A DNA stretch of 44,613 nt from Escherichia phage YD-2008.s. Below, in pieces: positions 6,922-16,609 of the stretch (within the stretch, counting starts at the first letter, position 1; each line of letters opens with the position of its first letter). Where the stretch lies: sequence record NC_027383.1; one strand, written 5' to 3'. The notes beneath the pieces are model-generated. The model saw nothing but the letters and a program-made list of their open reading frames with translations. It ran no database searches and had not been told where the DNA came from. A program made the position numbers and the translations under genes.

Positions 6922-9093
6922 TCATTTCTTCAGCGCCGCGATCTCGGCCTCCATAGCCTCGATCTTCTGCATCAACACTTGCACAACGTGCATGGTGTCC
7001 AGTAACAGCGGGGTAGTATCCAGTTCTTTCTGCGTTACGTCAGGTGTGTCACTGGTCAGTCCAGAGTATGTCCGGGTCTTGACGTAAAGACTATCCACAA
7101 CTTCCGCTTGTTGTGCAACGAGGCCGCGGCGTTGACGACCTTGCGTGTCGTTATTGTACACAAACGTGTGGAACCTTAACGCCTTGATATTACTCCACGC
7201 TTTATCAACGGTTGTAGGCGTGATGTCATGTTTCATATTGGCATCAGACACAGCACTTGTGACGAACTGGTAGTTGCCGGACGTACCTGATGATGCCGGG
7301 GCACCGTCTGCGGTAAAAGAAAAGGTTCGTTCGGTTACACCTGCGTCCTGTAGCACTAGCTGGTGACCACGGGTTGTCGCGTTACCACCAATCTGTCTGA
7401 ACGAATACGACAACGTTTCGTAGTTTACAGCGGTTCCAATTTTATAGGTCGACTTGATCATGCCCCCATTCACGGTGACACCGGATACTGGTGACGTAGT
7501 GTCTGCGTTTTCAACACTCCACGACGTATTGGCCGCTACGAATCCACCGGATGCACGGATCACCCAGACGCCTACGAAGTTACGGCCCATAATTTCATCG
7601 GTAGATCTTCCGTAGATAGGGTTTGACTGCGATGCGTCAACCACGAGGGTATTAAAGCGTCCGGATACTAAAGGTACAGTAGTTTCCGGAATTGCAACAC
7701 CTGCTCCGGCAGGGAATAGGTCGTTGTTTGTTTTAAATGCACCTTCAGTGATATCACTGAATATCTGAGCGTATGTCGATGCAGAATAACCAGCAACACT
7801 GCCAGAGATATTAGGTGCTGCTGATTCAAAAATCTGACCATTTGTGGAAGAAGTACCGCCATCACCACGACCATACAAGCCGGGTATTGAGTTAACTTGT
7901 ACACCGTTACGGTCGGGTACGCGAAACGTTGTCGTACCATTACCGAGCGAGTATTTACCGCGTTTTGCTGGGTCTGCCAGCCAGTCGGCGTCACTGATAG
8001 GTGAGAGCATCTGAGCATAAGCCCAAAGTTCAGGCCAGTCAGCGCGGTTAAGAAGCTGCCCGTCTGAGACGACTTCATAAGGCTGAATATATGCGCGACT
8101 ATCACGCAGGTGGAAGTCGCCGACACCGTAGTTCATCACGCCATTCATTGTTGGGCCAACTGTGCCCGTGTTAATCATGTTCTGCACCCAGCGCTTAGTA
8201 ACGGCGTCGTAGTCGTTAACTGGGTCGCCAGCAAGCGGCGTGGCCCCATCCGGGCGAACGTTAAGCCAGGCTTGCGGTTTGTCGGTGAGTCCTGCCAGGT
8301 TGCCGGATTTGGTTAGCAGGTCATCCACGTTTACGCTTTTCGCCCACTCCTCGGCCTCGTTACGGTATCCCAGCGCGGCATCACGGGCGGCTTGCGCATC
8401 AGTCTTCGCTGTATTAGCCTCGTCGCGAATAACGCCGGTGTCAGTCTTGATCTGGTTCGTTTGGTCTTTGATCGCCTGCGTATCAGCCTTAATCTGGGCA
8501 GTCTGCGTCTTTATGGTATTAGTGGCGTCGTGGATCGCCTGCGTATCGGCCTTGATTTGGTTGGTCTGCGTCTTGATGGTATTGGCATCGTTCTTGAAGC
8601 CTTCGGCCTCATTGCGAAATCCTTGCGCTGCTGCTTCAGACGCGGCGGCTTGTTGTTGTAGGTTGCGCATTTCAACGGGGTCGATCTGCTTCATCAATTG
8701 CGACAGGTAGCCCCATGACATACCCTGCATAACTTGCCCGTTGGGCAGCGTAACGGTGATCTCTTCAGCGTCGCCGAAGATTGCACGCCAGTTGTTTTCA
8801 TCCGCAATCATCAAGCGCAATGCTTTCTGTGCCTGGACTGTTACGCCCATCGTCGCCAGTGACATGGTATCGCGCGCAACGCCATCCCAGGCAAGGCCGG
8901 TTGCCGTGGGGCCGTCGAACGGCAGCACCAGCGTAAGCGCGGTGTCGCTTTCGACGGACGCGATAGCAACAGTGTAAGGGACTTGCCCCACCACCAGCGT
9001 TAAGAAGTCGCCAGCTTTAAACGCGGTGAACGTCGTGCCGACACCGACTACCGCCTTGCTGTTATTCGTTACGGATAGTGTACCCGCTGCCAT
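6922..9093 (-). CDS. tail fibre protein with C-terminal intramolecular chaperone (peptidase S74-like) domain
   Basis: 723 aa; 21-aa tandem coiled-coil repeats (NTIKTQTNQIKADTQAI...); C-terminal ~105 aa starts with an S-D-x-x-x-K motif (SDANMKHDI) and ends in a coiled coil. Confidence 0.65.
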   Translation of the reverse strand: MAAGTLSVTNNSKAVVGVGTTFTAFKAGDFLTLVVGQVPYTVAIASVESDTALTLVLPFDGPTATGLAWDGVARDTMSLATMGVTVQAQKALRLMIADENNWRAIFGDAEEITVTLPNGQVMQGMSWGYLSQLMKQIDPVEMRNLQQQAAASEAAAQGFRNEAEGFKNDANTIKTQTNQIKADTQAIHDATNTIKTQTAQIKADTQAIKDQTNQIKTDTGVIRDEANTAKTDAQAARDAALGYRNEAEEWAKSVNVDDLLTKSGNLAGLTDKPQAWLNVRPDGATPLAGDPVNDYDAVTKRWVQNMINTGTVGPTMNGVMNYGVGDFHLRDSRAYIQPYEVVSDGQLLNRADWPELWAYAQMLSPISDADWLADPAKRGKYSLGNGTTTFRVPDRNGVQVNSIPGLYGRGDGGTSSTNGQIFESAAPNISGSVAGYSASTYAQIFSDITEGAFKTNNDLFPAGAGVAIPETTVPLVSGRFNTLVVDASQSNPIYGRSTDEIMGRNFVGVWVIRASGGFVAANTSWSVENADTTSPVSGVTVNGGMIKSTYKIGTAVNYETLSYSFRQIGGNATTRGHQLVLQDAGVTERTFSFTADGAPASSGTSGNYQFVTSAVSDANMKHDITPTTVDKAWSNIKALRFHTFVYNNDTQGRQRRGLVAQQAEVVDSLYVKTRTYSGLTSDTPDVTQKELDTTPLLLDTMHVVQVLMQKIEAMEAEIAALKK
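8405..8600. repeat. ~63-bp tandem coding repeats inside the tail fibre gene
   Basis: GATCGCCTGCGTATC(A/G)GCCTT(A/G)AT...GTCTGCGTCTT(T/G)ATGGTATT repeated about three times. Confidence 0.6.
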
Positions 9094-9114
9094 AGCTGAA
9101 TCCTCTTAAATTGG

Positions 9115-9143
9115 TTGCATTCTTGGTTGAGCGGTGCAATACT
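9115..9143 (+). promoter_or_regulatory. candidate promoter for the plus-strand lipoprotein gene
   Basis: TTGCAT 9115-9120, N17, AATACT; weak -10; contains TTGGTTGCA box and an inverted TTGGTTGAG/CTCAACCAA pair. Confidence 0.3.
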
Positions 9144-9173
9144 AAAACTCAACCAAATATAGGGGATGATACC

Positions 9174-9392
9174 ATGAAAACTTTAATTATGATTTGTGCG
9201 GTTCTTTTGTCGGGTTGTGCCAACATGCCGTCTAAAATCTGCGACGCGACATATGTTAATAGCGGCATGGAATACTCGGTCCCGGTGTTCGGTGTTGCCG
9301 ATTTTAGTGGGCATAAAATGTTGCGGGCGGGCTACCCGTTCAACTTCCGGTATGTTTCGGTAGACCACTTCAAAAGCACCACTTGCAAATAA
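9174..9392 (+). CDS. small outer-membrane lipoprotein, Cor-like superinfection-exclusion candidate
   Basis: 72 aa; signal peptide MKTLIMICAVLLSGC with lipobox LSGC; opposite strand to the flanking tail genes. Confidence 0.45.
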   Translation: MKTLIMICAVLLSGCANMPSKICDATYVNSGMEYSVPVFGVADFSGHKMLRAGYPFNFRYVSVDHFKSTTCK

Positions 9393-9411
9393 GCCCCGAA
9401 AGGGGCTTTTC
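9392..9411. terminator. bidirectional intrinsic terminator
   Basis: AGCCCC gaaa GGGGCT followed by TTTT; sits between convergent ORFs. Confidence 0.6.
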
Positions 9412-10081
9412 ATATCCCATCCACGTTAATTGCGGTCAGCGCAACGCCGGTGTTTTGATACCCAGCGATGCTACCAGACCCAGCCTGCGTAGCGACTGCG
9501 TTAATGCGAGTTCCGCTTCCGTTGTCGTAAGCCCCCGCCCCTGCCGAGATCTGGATAATCTGCGGCTGCCCCTGTACGAATATCTGAATAAGAGTAGCCC
9601 CCATTAACATAGGTGATACCGCGTACTTACCCGGCAGCGTCTGGTCTATGTTGATACCGCCGTTATTGCCGAAGCTGCCAACTGTGACTAAATCGGTGAG
9701 TACCTTGCTTTCGTTGGTGAGTATGCAAGTCCCGCTGGCGTCCCAAATAGCAAACCCCCATCTCGGCAGCGGTTGCGGGAATCGCGCGAATATGTACGCC
9801 GTGACGGTAAAATGTGGGTTATTCTGCCCCTGAATGCTTCCGCTAAATATAATCCGGTTACCTGATCGTGACGCCGCCAGGACGCAACGGTTATCTGACC
9901 GCATAAACACCATCGCCGGATAGTTCGCGGGAATATCCACGCCCCCGCTTGCGGTTTTATAATCAGCACCGGCGTCCACTGAATTTGCCGACACCTTAGC
10001 GTAGAGGACGAACGGCGTTGAGTTTGGCGTGACGAATGGGTTGCCGTTGTTGTTATCGATTAACGCGCCGAAGTTTGCCAT
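9410..10081 (-). CDS. tail-associated protein, function unknown (223 aa)
   Basis: GGAGAA RBS; lies between the J-like gene and the tail fibre; Gly/Ser/Thr/Asn-rich like fibre components. Confidence 0.5.
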   Translation of the reverse strand: MANFGALIDNNNGNPFVTPNSTPFVLYAKVSANSVDAGADYKTASGGVDIPANYPAMVFMRSDNRCVLAASRSGNRIIFSGSIQGQNNPHFTVTAYIFARFPQPLPRWGFAIWDASGTCILTNESKVLTDLVTVGSFGNNGGINIDQTLPGKYAVSPMLMGATLIQIFVQGQPQIIQISAGAGAYDNGSGTRINAVATQAGSGSIAGYQNTGVALTAINVDGI

Positions 10082-10083
10082 TT

Positions 10084-10386
10084 TTACGCTTTCTCCACAA
10101 AAACTACTACTTCACATTCTGACGCCGGGTAGTTTCCAATACCGACGCTGTTTGCCGCAGATACTGTTATCGTGTTCCCGCTGGCACGGATCGCCCGACC
10201 TACCGTAGTGCCGCCAACGTCCAGCGTAACCGCAAAACCCACTTTCATACCGGACGGAATATCGAACGACCACGCCCCCCATGTTTGACCTTGTGCCAGT
10301 TTAATAATTCCGACAACTGAAACGGGCTTGATCCCGTAGTTGTTTGGTCGCCCTTGCGCGTCCCATGTTGCGACACCGAAAGCCAT
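10084..10386 (-). CDS. tail-associated small protein (100 aa)
   Basis: Track ORF 10084..10485 trimmed to ATG 10386 with GGAGG RBS, downstream of the J stop. Confidence 0.45.
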   Translation of the reverse strand: MAFGVATWDAQGRPNNYGIKPVSVVGIIKLAQGQTWGAWSFDIPSGMKVGFAVTLDVGGTTVGRAIRASGNTITVSAANSVGIGNYPASECEVVVFVEKA

Positions 10387-10423
10387 GTTATACCTCCAAA
10401 AGAAAGGGGCCGAAGCCCCTATG

Positions 10424-13400
10424 CTACCAACTACCTGTGATTTCACCAATCTGCACGCGGAGCACGCCGTTTCCGTCCCTAACACTGATTTGCGTGTTAG
10501 TCTGTTTCATCCCGCCGCCGTTACCGGTTCCCAGGTTGATAAACGTTCCATCTTTCCCTAAGCGCCAGCCGCGCGTGCTGCCGTCGTAGTTATTAGATTG
10601 CAGCGTGTCCGTGATCTGCGCGAAGTTGATAGTCGCGTCCTTGATGCGTGCCGTGTCAATATACACCGCGCCGCCGTCCACGATAAACGCGGACGAAAGC
10701 GACCCGTTAGATGGGTGCATGATGTAGAACTGGTCCGCCTTGAACGCGATGCGGGATTTAACCGCGCCACCTTCCGCAACAACAGAAAGCTGCATACCGG
10801 CATCGTAGTAAGTCCCTTTATACGTCACGCCAGCCTTAAGACTGTACGTGGCGCTGCCACCAGCATGGTTAAACGAGGACGTCATCTTCTGCTCGATAGC
10901 GGCGGACTGCTGACCGAACTGTGTCGCGACCTGGGTCTTATATTCCGCCAGCGCTCCCGCCACGTCTGCGGTTGCCGTTTGTACCTGCTGGATGGCGGCT
11001 TCCTGTTCCCCGAACTTAGCGGCGACAGTTTGCTGATACTGGGCGAACGCTTGTTCCTGTGTGCTCTGTGCGGTCTGCAACGTGTGGATCGCCGCTTCCG
11101 CGTCATCAAGTCGCGTGCCGATCAACGTCTCCAGTTGAGCTACCGCCTTGTGGGCGTCCGCCGCCACGTTATACGCGACCGAGATTTCCGCATAAATACC
11201 CTTGTACTCGGCGCGGGCGTTGAACAATTGCTGCGCATCGGTGAGCATCGCCTCGTAAATACCCTGCGGGATCGTGTTGATTGCTTCCTGGAAGCGTTTA
11301 CCATCCTCGGAAGTCAAGAACTCGTCATCAAGCCCCTTCATGTACTCGTCAACTTTGTCACTCACCTGCCCCTCAAACGGGGCCGACCAGTCCGACAGGT
11401 TGCCGATTTTATCCGCTACGCGTGCGCGCAACTGCTGGTATATGCCGAACTCAAGCGACGTTTGCGCGTACTCCGCGCCAGGATATGGGACGTTTGTTAA
11501 GAATTTCCATTCCGTTTCGCCCGTCTTGCGGACTTCAAGCTCGGTGTAAGAGATATCCGTCGCAGCGTTGTTGTGGTTCCACTTCCACAAAATCTGGTGA
11601 AGGCCAGAAATCGCGTTGGTGATGATTGGTGCGTTAAGCCCACCGAGGCGACCTTCCACCGGCGTGATCGCGGAAGACACCCACGGGGACGAGATTTCGC
11701 CCATGCCAATTGCGCGGACGCGTGCCTGGTAGTTGCCGGAGAACACGTTAGGGATGTGCGCACCATTCGACGCCGTGCGCGGGATATTCACCCAGTCGTT
11801 ACCCCACTGGATTTCCATATTCTGAAGGCTGGTACGTCGCCACTGGATTTCATACACCACGGCATCTTTCACCGGCGGGAAAACAATATCCACGTTGGTG
11901 ATTAGCTGGCCTTGCGATGAAATCTGCGACGGAGTTATGGTCACGGACTCCGGCCCCTTCATTACACCGTCCGGCACTTGCGTAAAGATTCCGGGGTCAA
12001 GGCGAGCGCCATTATCAACGGCATCATATTTGCTATCGTTGTATTCAATCCCGCGCACCGAGAAAGTGCTCGTAGAGTCGTCATATTCCAGGTCGGTGAT
12101 GCGGAATTTTTGCAACTGGATATCGTCGCCATCAACGCAAAACGGTTGGTCTGGAATCGGGTCGGCATCCAGTGCGGTTTTTAGCGTGACCTTGTTGCCG
12201 TTGACGCTGGCGATCTCGCGAGTCTCGACATTTCCGCTATCGGTGCGTACCAGGAACTTATCGCCAGGGCGGAACGTGATTTCGCAGTCCGTGTTCAGTA
12301 CGGTACGCGTTCCGGGGTCTGACAACAGGCGACCGCCGCGAGTCTCGAATCCGCCAGAAATATTAGTATCTGCGATCGCAACTACGCTACCGGGGATAAA
12401 GAATAACCCCTCCATGCCAACTTTAAAGCTGACCTGCTGGTCCAACTGGTTGGATATTAGTGCCCAGTGCCCGCGGCGTTGCGCTTCAGATTCGCGCGTA
12501 CAGCCGATCGCCGTTATATCAAGACGGTTAATCTTATGGCGGCGCACCAGTTCGACGCGCTGGCCCGTCGCTATAGCGTCATCATAGTGGTTTTTCGGGT
12601 TGCCGTATGCTACCGCGAAAGTGGAGTACCGCGTTTTCTGGCTGCCAGATGCGTAGTCGAAGCGCCCATCAATAACCGATGCGTTGGTGATAGTGTGGGA
12701 CACCGCGGCTACTGGTTGGTCACTGACTATATTCAACATCTGGTTGCCCCACCAGGTCATTCCGGCAAAGATGGCAGCCAAATCCTTAAGCACGGTCCAG
12801 GCATCCGTCTGAGACTGAATGTACATATCATTCTTAAAGCGGATTTCTCGACCACCGTTGCCGTCGCTGACCAACTGATCGCAGCGCTGCGCAATCTGGT
12901 AGAGCGCGTACCGGTTTAACATTTGCGGTTTGATACGCCGACCGAGGCCGAAGCGCTCAGTAATACAAATATCGTACCAGTGCCACGCAGGGTTATCCGT
13001 CCATGCGCGTTTAAACGTGCCGTCCCAGTCCCCGGAATAGGTATGATTAATCGGGTCGTAGTTGTTCGGTATTAGAACTTTACGGCCTTTGCACTTGATG
13101 GACACGCGCGGGATGTTCTGGAACGCTTTGGCGTCGAACTCCACAAACAACAGCGCGGTTAGCGGGTAACGCAGGCGGGCGTCGATAATCTCCGTGATGG
13201 ACTGCACCCGGATATCATTAACCACTTTCGCCGATGTGGAGTCTGCCGTTATGCGGTGCACCTCCACGCGCCAGCCGGTGTTAACGTTAGGCGGTAGCTC
13301 GATGCGGTGATCTCGCTCGTACAGCGACATTGTTTTACCAACGGCAGCGAATGTAAACTCACGCGGGTCTGCGTTATCCGTATACACAACGATCTTATAG

Positions 13401-13843
13401 TCGATGCGCCCGCCCACCAGGTCGCCATTATCTTCGCTAGTGTACAGGGCAGGTATACCGATGCGAACGCGCACAGCGTCAAGACTGGTGTCGTTAATCT
13501 GTCGCACCCACGGCGTGCCGTTCTCCAGTTTTACCCCAACGGATTGCTCACTTTCCACCGCTGAAAATCCGTGGATCACATCCTGGTGCTGTGTTCCGGG
13601 GCGGAACTCCACACGCGCTCCTGGGAAGTTTTCGGACAGGTCTGCGTTCTGGATCGGTGTTCCGTCCAGGTATACACGCTGCCGCAATTCGCTGGCGCTC
13701 GTAATGCCTTCGAATTCACCCTCGCCCAACGCGAGCAAGATGCGGATTTTAGCCAGCGAATGCAGGCTATCGGGCGTCTCCTGTGGGGTGTGCTGTTTGC
13801 CGCCGCCGCCTTTATGGCCCGTGACGTCGTAGATAATCGTCAT
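10424..13843 (-). CDS. central tail fibre / tip attachment protein, lambda gpJ-like
   Basis: ~1139 aa; N-terminus MTIIYDVTGHKGGGGKQHTP... resembles the gpJ N-terminus; ATGA overlap with upstream gpI-like stop; track start 13909 rejected. Confidence 0.75.
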   Translation of the reverse strand: MTIIYDVTGHKGGGGKQHTPQETPDSLHSLAKIRILLALGEGEFEGITSASELRQRVYLDGTPIQNADLSENFPGARVEFRPGTQHQDVIHGFSAVESEQSVGVKLENGTPWVRQINDTSLDAVRVRIGIPALYTSEDNGDLVGGRIDYKIVVYTDNADPREFTFAAVGKTMSLYERDHRIELPPNVNTGWRVEVHRITADSTSAKVVNDIRVQSITEIIDARLRYPLTALLFVEFDAKAFQNIPRVSIKCKGRKVLIPNNYDPINHTYSGDWDGTFKRAWTDNPAWHWYDICITERFGLGRRIKPQMLNRYALYQIAQRCDQLVSDGNGGREIRFKNDMYIQSQTDAWTVLKDLAAIFAGMTWWGNQMLNIVSDQPVAAVSHTITNASVIDGRFDYASGSQKTRYSTFAVAYGNPKNHYDDAIATGQRVELVRRHKINRLDITAIGCTRESEAQRRGHWALISNQLDQQVSFKVGMEGLFFIPGSVVAIADTNISGGFETRGGRLLSDPGTRTVLNTDCEITFRPGDKFLVRTDSGNVETREIASVNGNKVTLKTALDADPIPDQPFCVDGDDIQLQKFRITDLEYDDSTSTFSVRGIEYNDSKYDAVDNGARLDPGIFTQVPDGVMKGPESVTITPSQISSQGQLITNVDIVFPPVKDAVVYEIQWRRTSLQNMEIQWGNDWVNIPRTASNGAHIPNVFSGNYQARVRAIGMGEISSPWVSSAITPVEGRLGGLNAPIITNAISGLHQILWKWNHNNAATDISYTELEVRKTGETEWKFLTNVPYPGAEYAQTSLEFGIYQQLRARVADKIGNLSDWSAPFEGQVSDKVDEYMKGLDDEFLTSEDGKRFQEAINTIPQGIYEAMLTDAQQLFNARAEYKGIYAEISVAYNVAADAHKAVAQLETLIGTRLDDAEAAIHTLQTAQSTQEQAFAQYQQTVAAKFGEQEAAIQQVQTATADVAGALAEYKTQVATQFGQQSAAIEQKMTSSFNHAGGSATYSLKAGVTYKGTYYDAGMQLSVVAEGGAVKSRIAFKADQFYIMHPSNGSLSSAFIVDGGAVYIDTARIKDATINFAQITDTLQSNNYDGSTRGWRLGKDGTFINLGTGNGGGMKQTNTQISVRDGNGVLRVQIGEITGSW

Positions 13844-14457
13844 TCGTTCAAATCCTCGGTTACGATTCCGGCTGAAATAATAGCGCCACCGATCTCGCGC
13901 TCGCCCCATAATACACCAAGTGCTGTGCCTTGCGCGGTCGTGTTTACTGGTCCGCCGAACGCATACGACGCCTTGTTATCCACGTCCTGCCTTGTCTGCA
14001 ATCCTTTCGGTTGTGGCGACAGCAATTGCATAACGCCACCCAGCGCCATCGACATCCCGAACGAAAACGTCGCCGTACCGATAGCGGCAGCGGTTGCAGC
14101 CGAAGCCCCGAAAGCGGCAGTAGCAAGTCCGCCCGTATAGAACGACGCCACTACGATCGCGACACCCGCCAGCAATTGTCCCAACCCTCTTTTTGCGCCA
14201 GTCATAACCGGCGCGATGGTAACGACGCGGTTGCCGTGGAACTCTCCTAGCTCATCATAGCCGGTCATTGTGTGGTCGCCTTTGCGCACCTTGAACATCA
14301 TGTTGTCCAGGTGGGCCGACATTAAAAAGTCTTGTAACCCTGGCAACTTCACACACAAGCCGGTGATTCCTTCGCCCGGAGTGAAGCAATCCAGCTTATG
14401 CACTTTTCCGAATCGACGCCCTAAGACGCCGTACAATTTAAACGTTGTCATTGCCAT
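13840..14457 (-). CDS. tail assembly protein, lambda gpI-like
   Basis: 205 aa; position between K-like and J-like genes; Ala/Gly-rich hydrophobic C-terminal half. Confidence 0.55.
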   Translation of the reverse strand: MAMTTFKLYGVLGRRFGKVHKLDCFTPGEGITGLCVKLPGLQDFLMSAHLDNMMFKVRKGDHTMTGYDELGEFHGNRVVTIAPVMTGAKRGLGQLLAGVAIVVASFYTGGLATAAFGASAATAAAIGTATFSFGMSMALGGVMQLLSPQPKGLQTRQDVDNKASYAFGGPVNTTAQGTALGVLWGEREIGGAIISAGIVTEDLNE

Positions 14458-15188
14458 TCTGTGATATTCCCCGGTAGGTCTTTATGACGTACCCATTTAA
14501 CCACATTGTCGCGGAAAAATCCTGACCGGAAGGGTATCACGCTCGACAGACTGCCGTAGATATGGTGTAGTAGTTGGTTGCCCGGAAGGAATATCCCTGC
14601 GTGGTTTGGCACTGGTGCGCTAATCTGCATGATGACCATTGCCCCCGGCGTATTCTCCTCACACTCCCTGAAGCCCGCACCGTACCAATTGTCCATATAC
14701 AGGTTTTCGCCTGTCTCCCACCAGTTATACGGCACGCGGAAGTCTGGCAGGTTTACGCCCTGCTTTTTGTGCCATGCCATGACGAGGCCGTAACAGTCCG
14801 TAACCCCGAGAACAAATCGGCGACCTACCAGCGGCGGGTCTTCAGGGTCGATCTCGATAAAGTCGCCATATTCGTTAGTGATGGTCCAGACTACGCCGCT
14901 GCCGTTGCATCCGTTAACGTCGCCCAGCGAGGGGGTAAGCTCTCGCTGGCCCGGATGCGAGTGGACTACGCGCACTACGTCGCCCATATCCTCGGCATCC
15001 ATCCAGGCCATATCACTAATCGTGAATGCGTCTCTACGTGAACGCACGCCGGTAGGGTCTTCGAATACGTTCATGCACGGGACAAATACTTGTTTGCGGC
15101 CCACCATGACAACCAGGCCACAGGCTTCTTCGGGCAGACATGCCGCAACGTGCGCGGCGATATCGCTTTTAACCTTCTTCGTTAACAT
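14448..15188 (-). CDS. tail assembly protein, lambda gpK-like (MPN/JAMM + NlpC/P60 domains)
   Basis: 246 aa; JAMM-like HSHPG...SLGD motif and NlpC/P60-like Cys/His residues (TDCYGLV...NHAGIF). Confidence 0.65.
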   Translation of the reverse strand: MLTKKVKSDIAAHVAACLPEEACGLVVMVGRKQVFVPCMNVFEDPTGVRSRRDAFTISDMAWMDAEDMGDVVRVVHSHPGQRELTPSLGDVNGCNGSGVVWTITNEYGDFIEIDPEDPPLVGRRFVLGVTDCYGLVMAWHKKQGVNLPDFRVPYNWWETGENLYMDNWYGAGFRECEENTPGAMVIMQISAPVPNHAGIFLPGNQLLHHIYGSLSSVIPFRSGFFRDNVVKWVRHKDLPGNITEWQ

Positions 15189-15190
15189 AA

Positions 15191-15979
15191 CTACCCCTTA
15201 ATTAATCTGGACCCCGGAAAGCCGCCGAAGTCCAGCACCGCCGCTTTAGGGTCCGCAAGCCCTTGCCCAAATCGAAGATAACAGTCTGACAAACAGCCGC
15301 CACATCGGTCCATATTCATCGCAATGACTTCATTACCCCGCTCGTCATAATACTTTATACCAGGCTTCGCAAGGTTCCAGGTACACCCGTCCCCGCTGGC
15401 GTACTTCCCGTTGAGCGCCCACTCGCACATATTCATGATTTGGCGACGTGGAACGACCTGCCCTTCCATATCCGCAGGCGAGGATAGTGCGAAGGTAATT
15501 TGCTTGCCCGGATTGCGCCCGACCTGCGAGTCGATGTAATACTCCTGAACTCGTTTCTGCGTCGGGTCTGGATCTGTCCCGTTGTCCAGGAACTTCGCGA
15601 ACGTATCAATGATCTCAACCTTCGCGCCAAGTAGTTGGTCGTGGTTCAGCGACAGCCGGGTTATTATGCCGCCAATATCGACGATTGTTAGTTGCGGTTC
15701 TGCCGCCGTCGATGTGGAGAAGTTAAGGCCGGACAAATCGAAGGGCCAAAATTCGAACTCCTGCCCGCCGAAGAAGATTGATTTAGGTTTTAGCTTATCC
15801 TCGTCACCACCGGCGGCAGCAATATCCTCGGCAGTGTGCGGAATAAAGCAGTAGTGAAAATAGTGATGCCCCGCTCCGATCGCGCCGTCGCCTGGTTCCA
15901 CGTCCTGAGCGTCAATGTGAATCAGGCGAACGCGTCCTGATGGGTCAAAGCGCGTCGCTTCTCGATAGAGTTTATTCAT
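15191..15979 (-). CDS. minor tail protein, lambda gpL-like
   Basis: 262 aa; Cys-rich C-terminus (C..C...CGGC..C) consistent with the gpL Fe-S cluster region; conserved gene order. Confidence 0.6.
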   Translation of the reverse strand: MNKLYREATRFDPSGRVRLIHIDAQDVEPGDGAIGAGHHYFHYCFIPHTAEDIAAAGGDEDKLKPKSIFFGGQEFEFWPFDLSGLNFSTSTAAEPQLTIVDIGGIITRLSLNHDQLLGAKVEIIDTFAKFLDNGTDPDPTQKRVQEYYIDSQVGRNPGKQITFALSSPADMEGQVVPRRQIMNMCEWALNGKYASGDGCTWNLAKPGIKYYDERGNEVIAMNMDRCGGCLSDCYLRFGQGLADPKAAVLDFGGFPGSRLIKG

Positions 15980-16605
15980 CTTACGAATCCAATAGCAGTC
16001 TTAAGGGTGGCGGATACCGTTGCCGTGTAGTGCCCGTTGTCCGTGTACGACAAGCTAGAACGCTCGACCACGAATAAACCTGTTTCGCCATCCGGCGCGG
16101 TGACGACAAACGGCTTGACGAAGTGCCCGCGAAGGAAGTTGTAAACCAGTTTGGGGTCGCACCACTTGTCAGTAGTCAGTCCGATGAATTGCATGGGGAA
16201 CTGTTTCGTCTCGGCGTTCGGGCCGTCTGCGATGTTCTGACCGTAACCGTTACCAAATTGCAATTCCTCGGACCGGAAAGACAACTGCACGTCTCCGCCG
16301 CCTTGCAATTGCATGTGCCAGTAATAGGGCCATTCGTTTGATCGCGGGTCGTGTGCTTCGATTAGCTCATATGCCGCACCGGATTTCGTCGGACCGGCCC
16401 AGTTATCTTTCAGAGTAATGACCGTGTTCGAGTTGAATGCCGCAATTTTGCCGGTGTAGTCGTTGCCGTCGATGCGGGCGAATACGAGTACCTTCCCGAT
16501 CTCGCTAAGGAACGCCGTTCCCGCGCCCGTGACGGTCTTACTTCCTTTCGTTAGTGTGATTGTACCTTGTGACATAAAAAGCCCCCACGTTGTAGTGAGG
16601 GCCAT
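15976..16605 (-). CDS. minor tail protein (gpM-position)
   Basis: Track ORF trimmed to ATG 16605 just downstream of the tape-measure stop. Confidence 0.5.
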   Translation of the reverse strand: MALTTTWGLFMSQGTITLTKGSKTVTGAGTAFLSEIGKVLVFARIDGNDYTGKIAAFNSNTVITLKDNWAGPTKSGAAYELIEAHDPRSNEWPYYWHMQLQGGGDVQLSFRSEELQFGNGYGQNIADGPNAETKQFPMQFIGLTTDKWCDPKLVYNFLRGHFVKPFVVTAPDGETGLFVVERSSLSYTDNGHYTATVSATLKTAIGFVR

Positions 16606-16609
16606 TTTA

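Noticed and set aside
10598-11500. 300-aa plus-strand ORF and several others inside 10424..19252
   Set aside because: All lie antisense within the J-like and tape-measure genes and are Arg-rich with no operon signals.
10424-13909. Track start of the J-like ORF at 13909 (extra 22 codons)
   Set aside because: Internal ATG at 13843 forms an ATGA overlap with the upstream stop and begins a lambda gpJ-like N-terminus; the extension is Arg-rich and unlikely to be translated.
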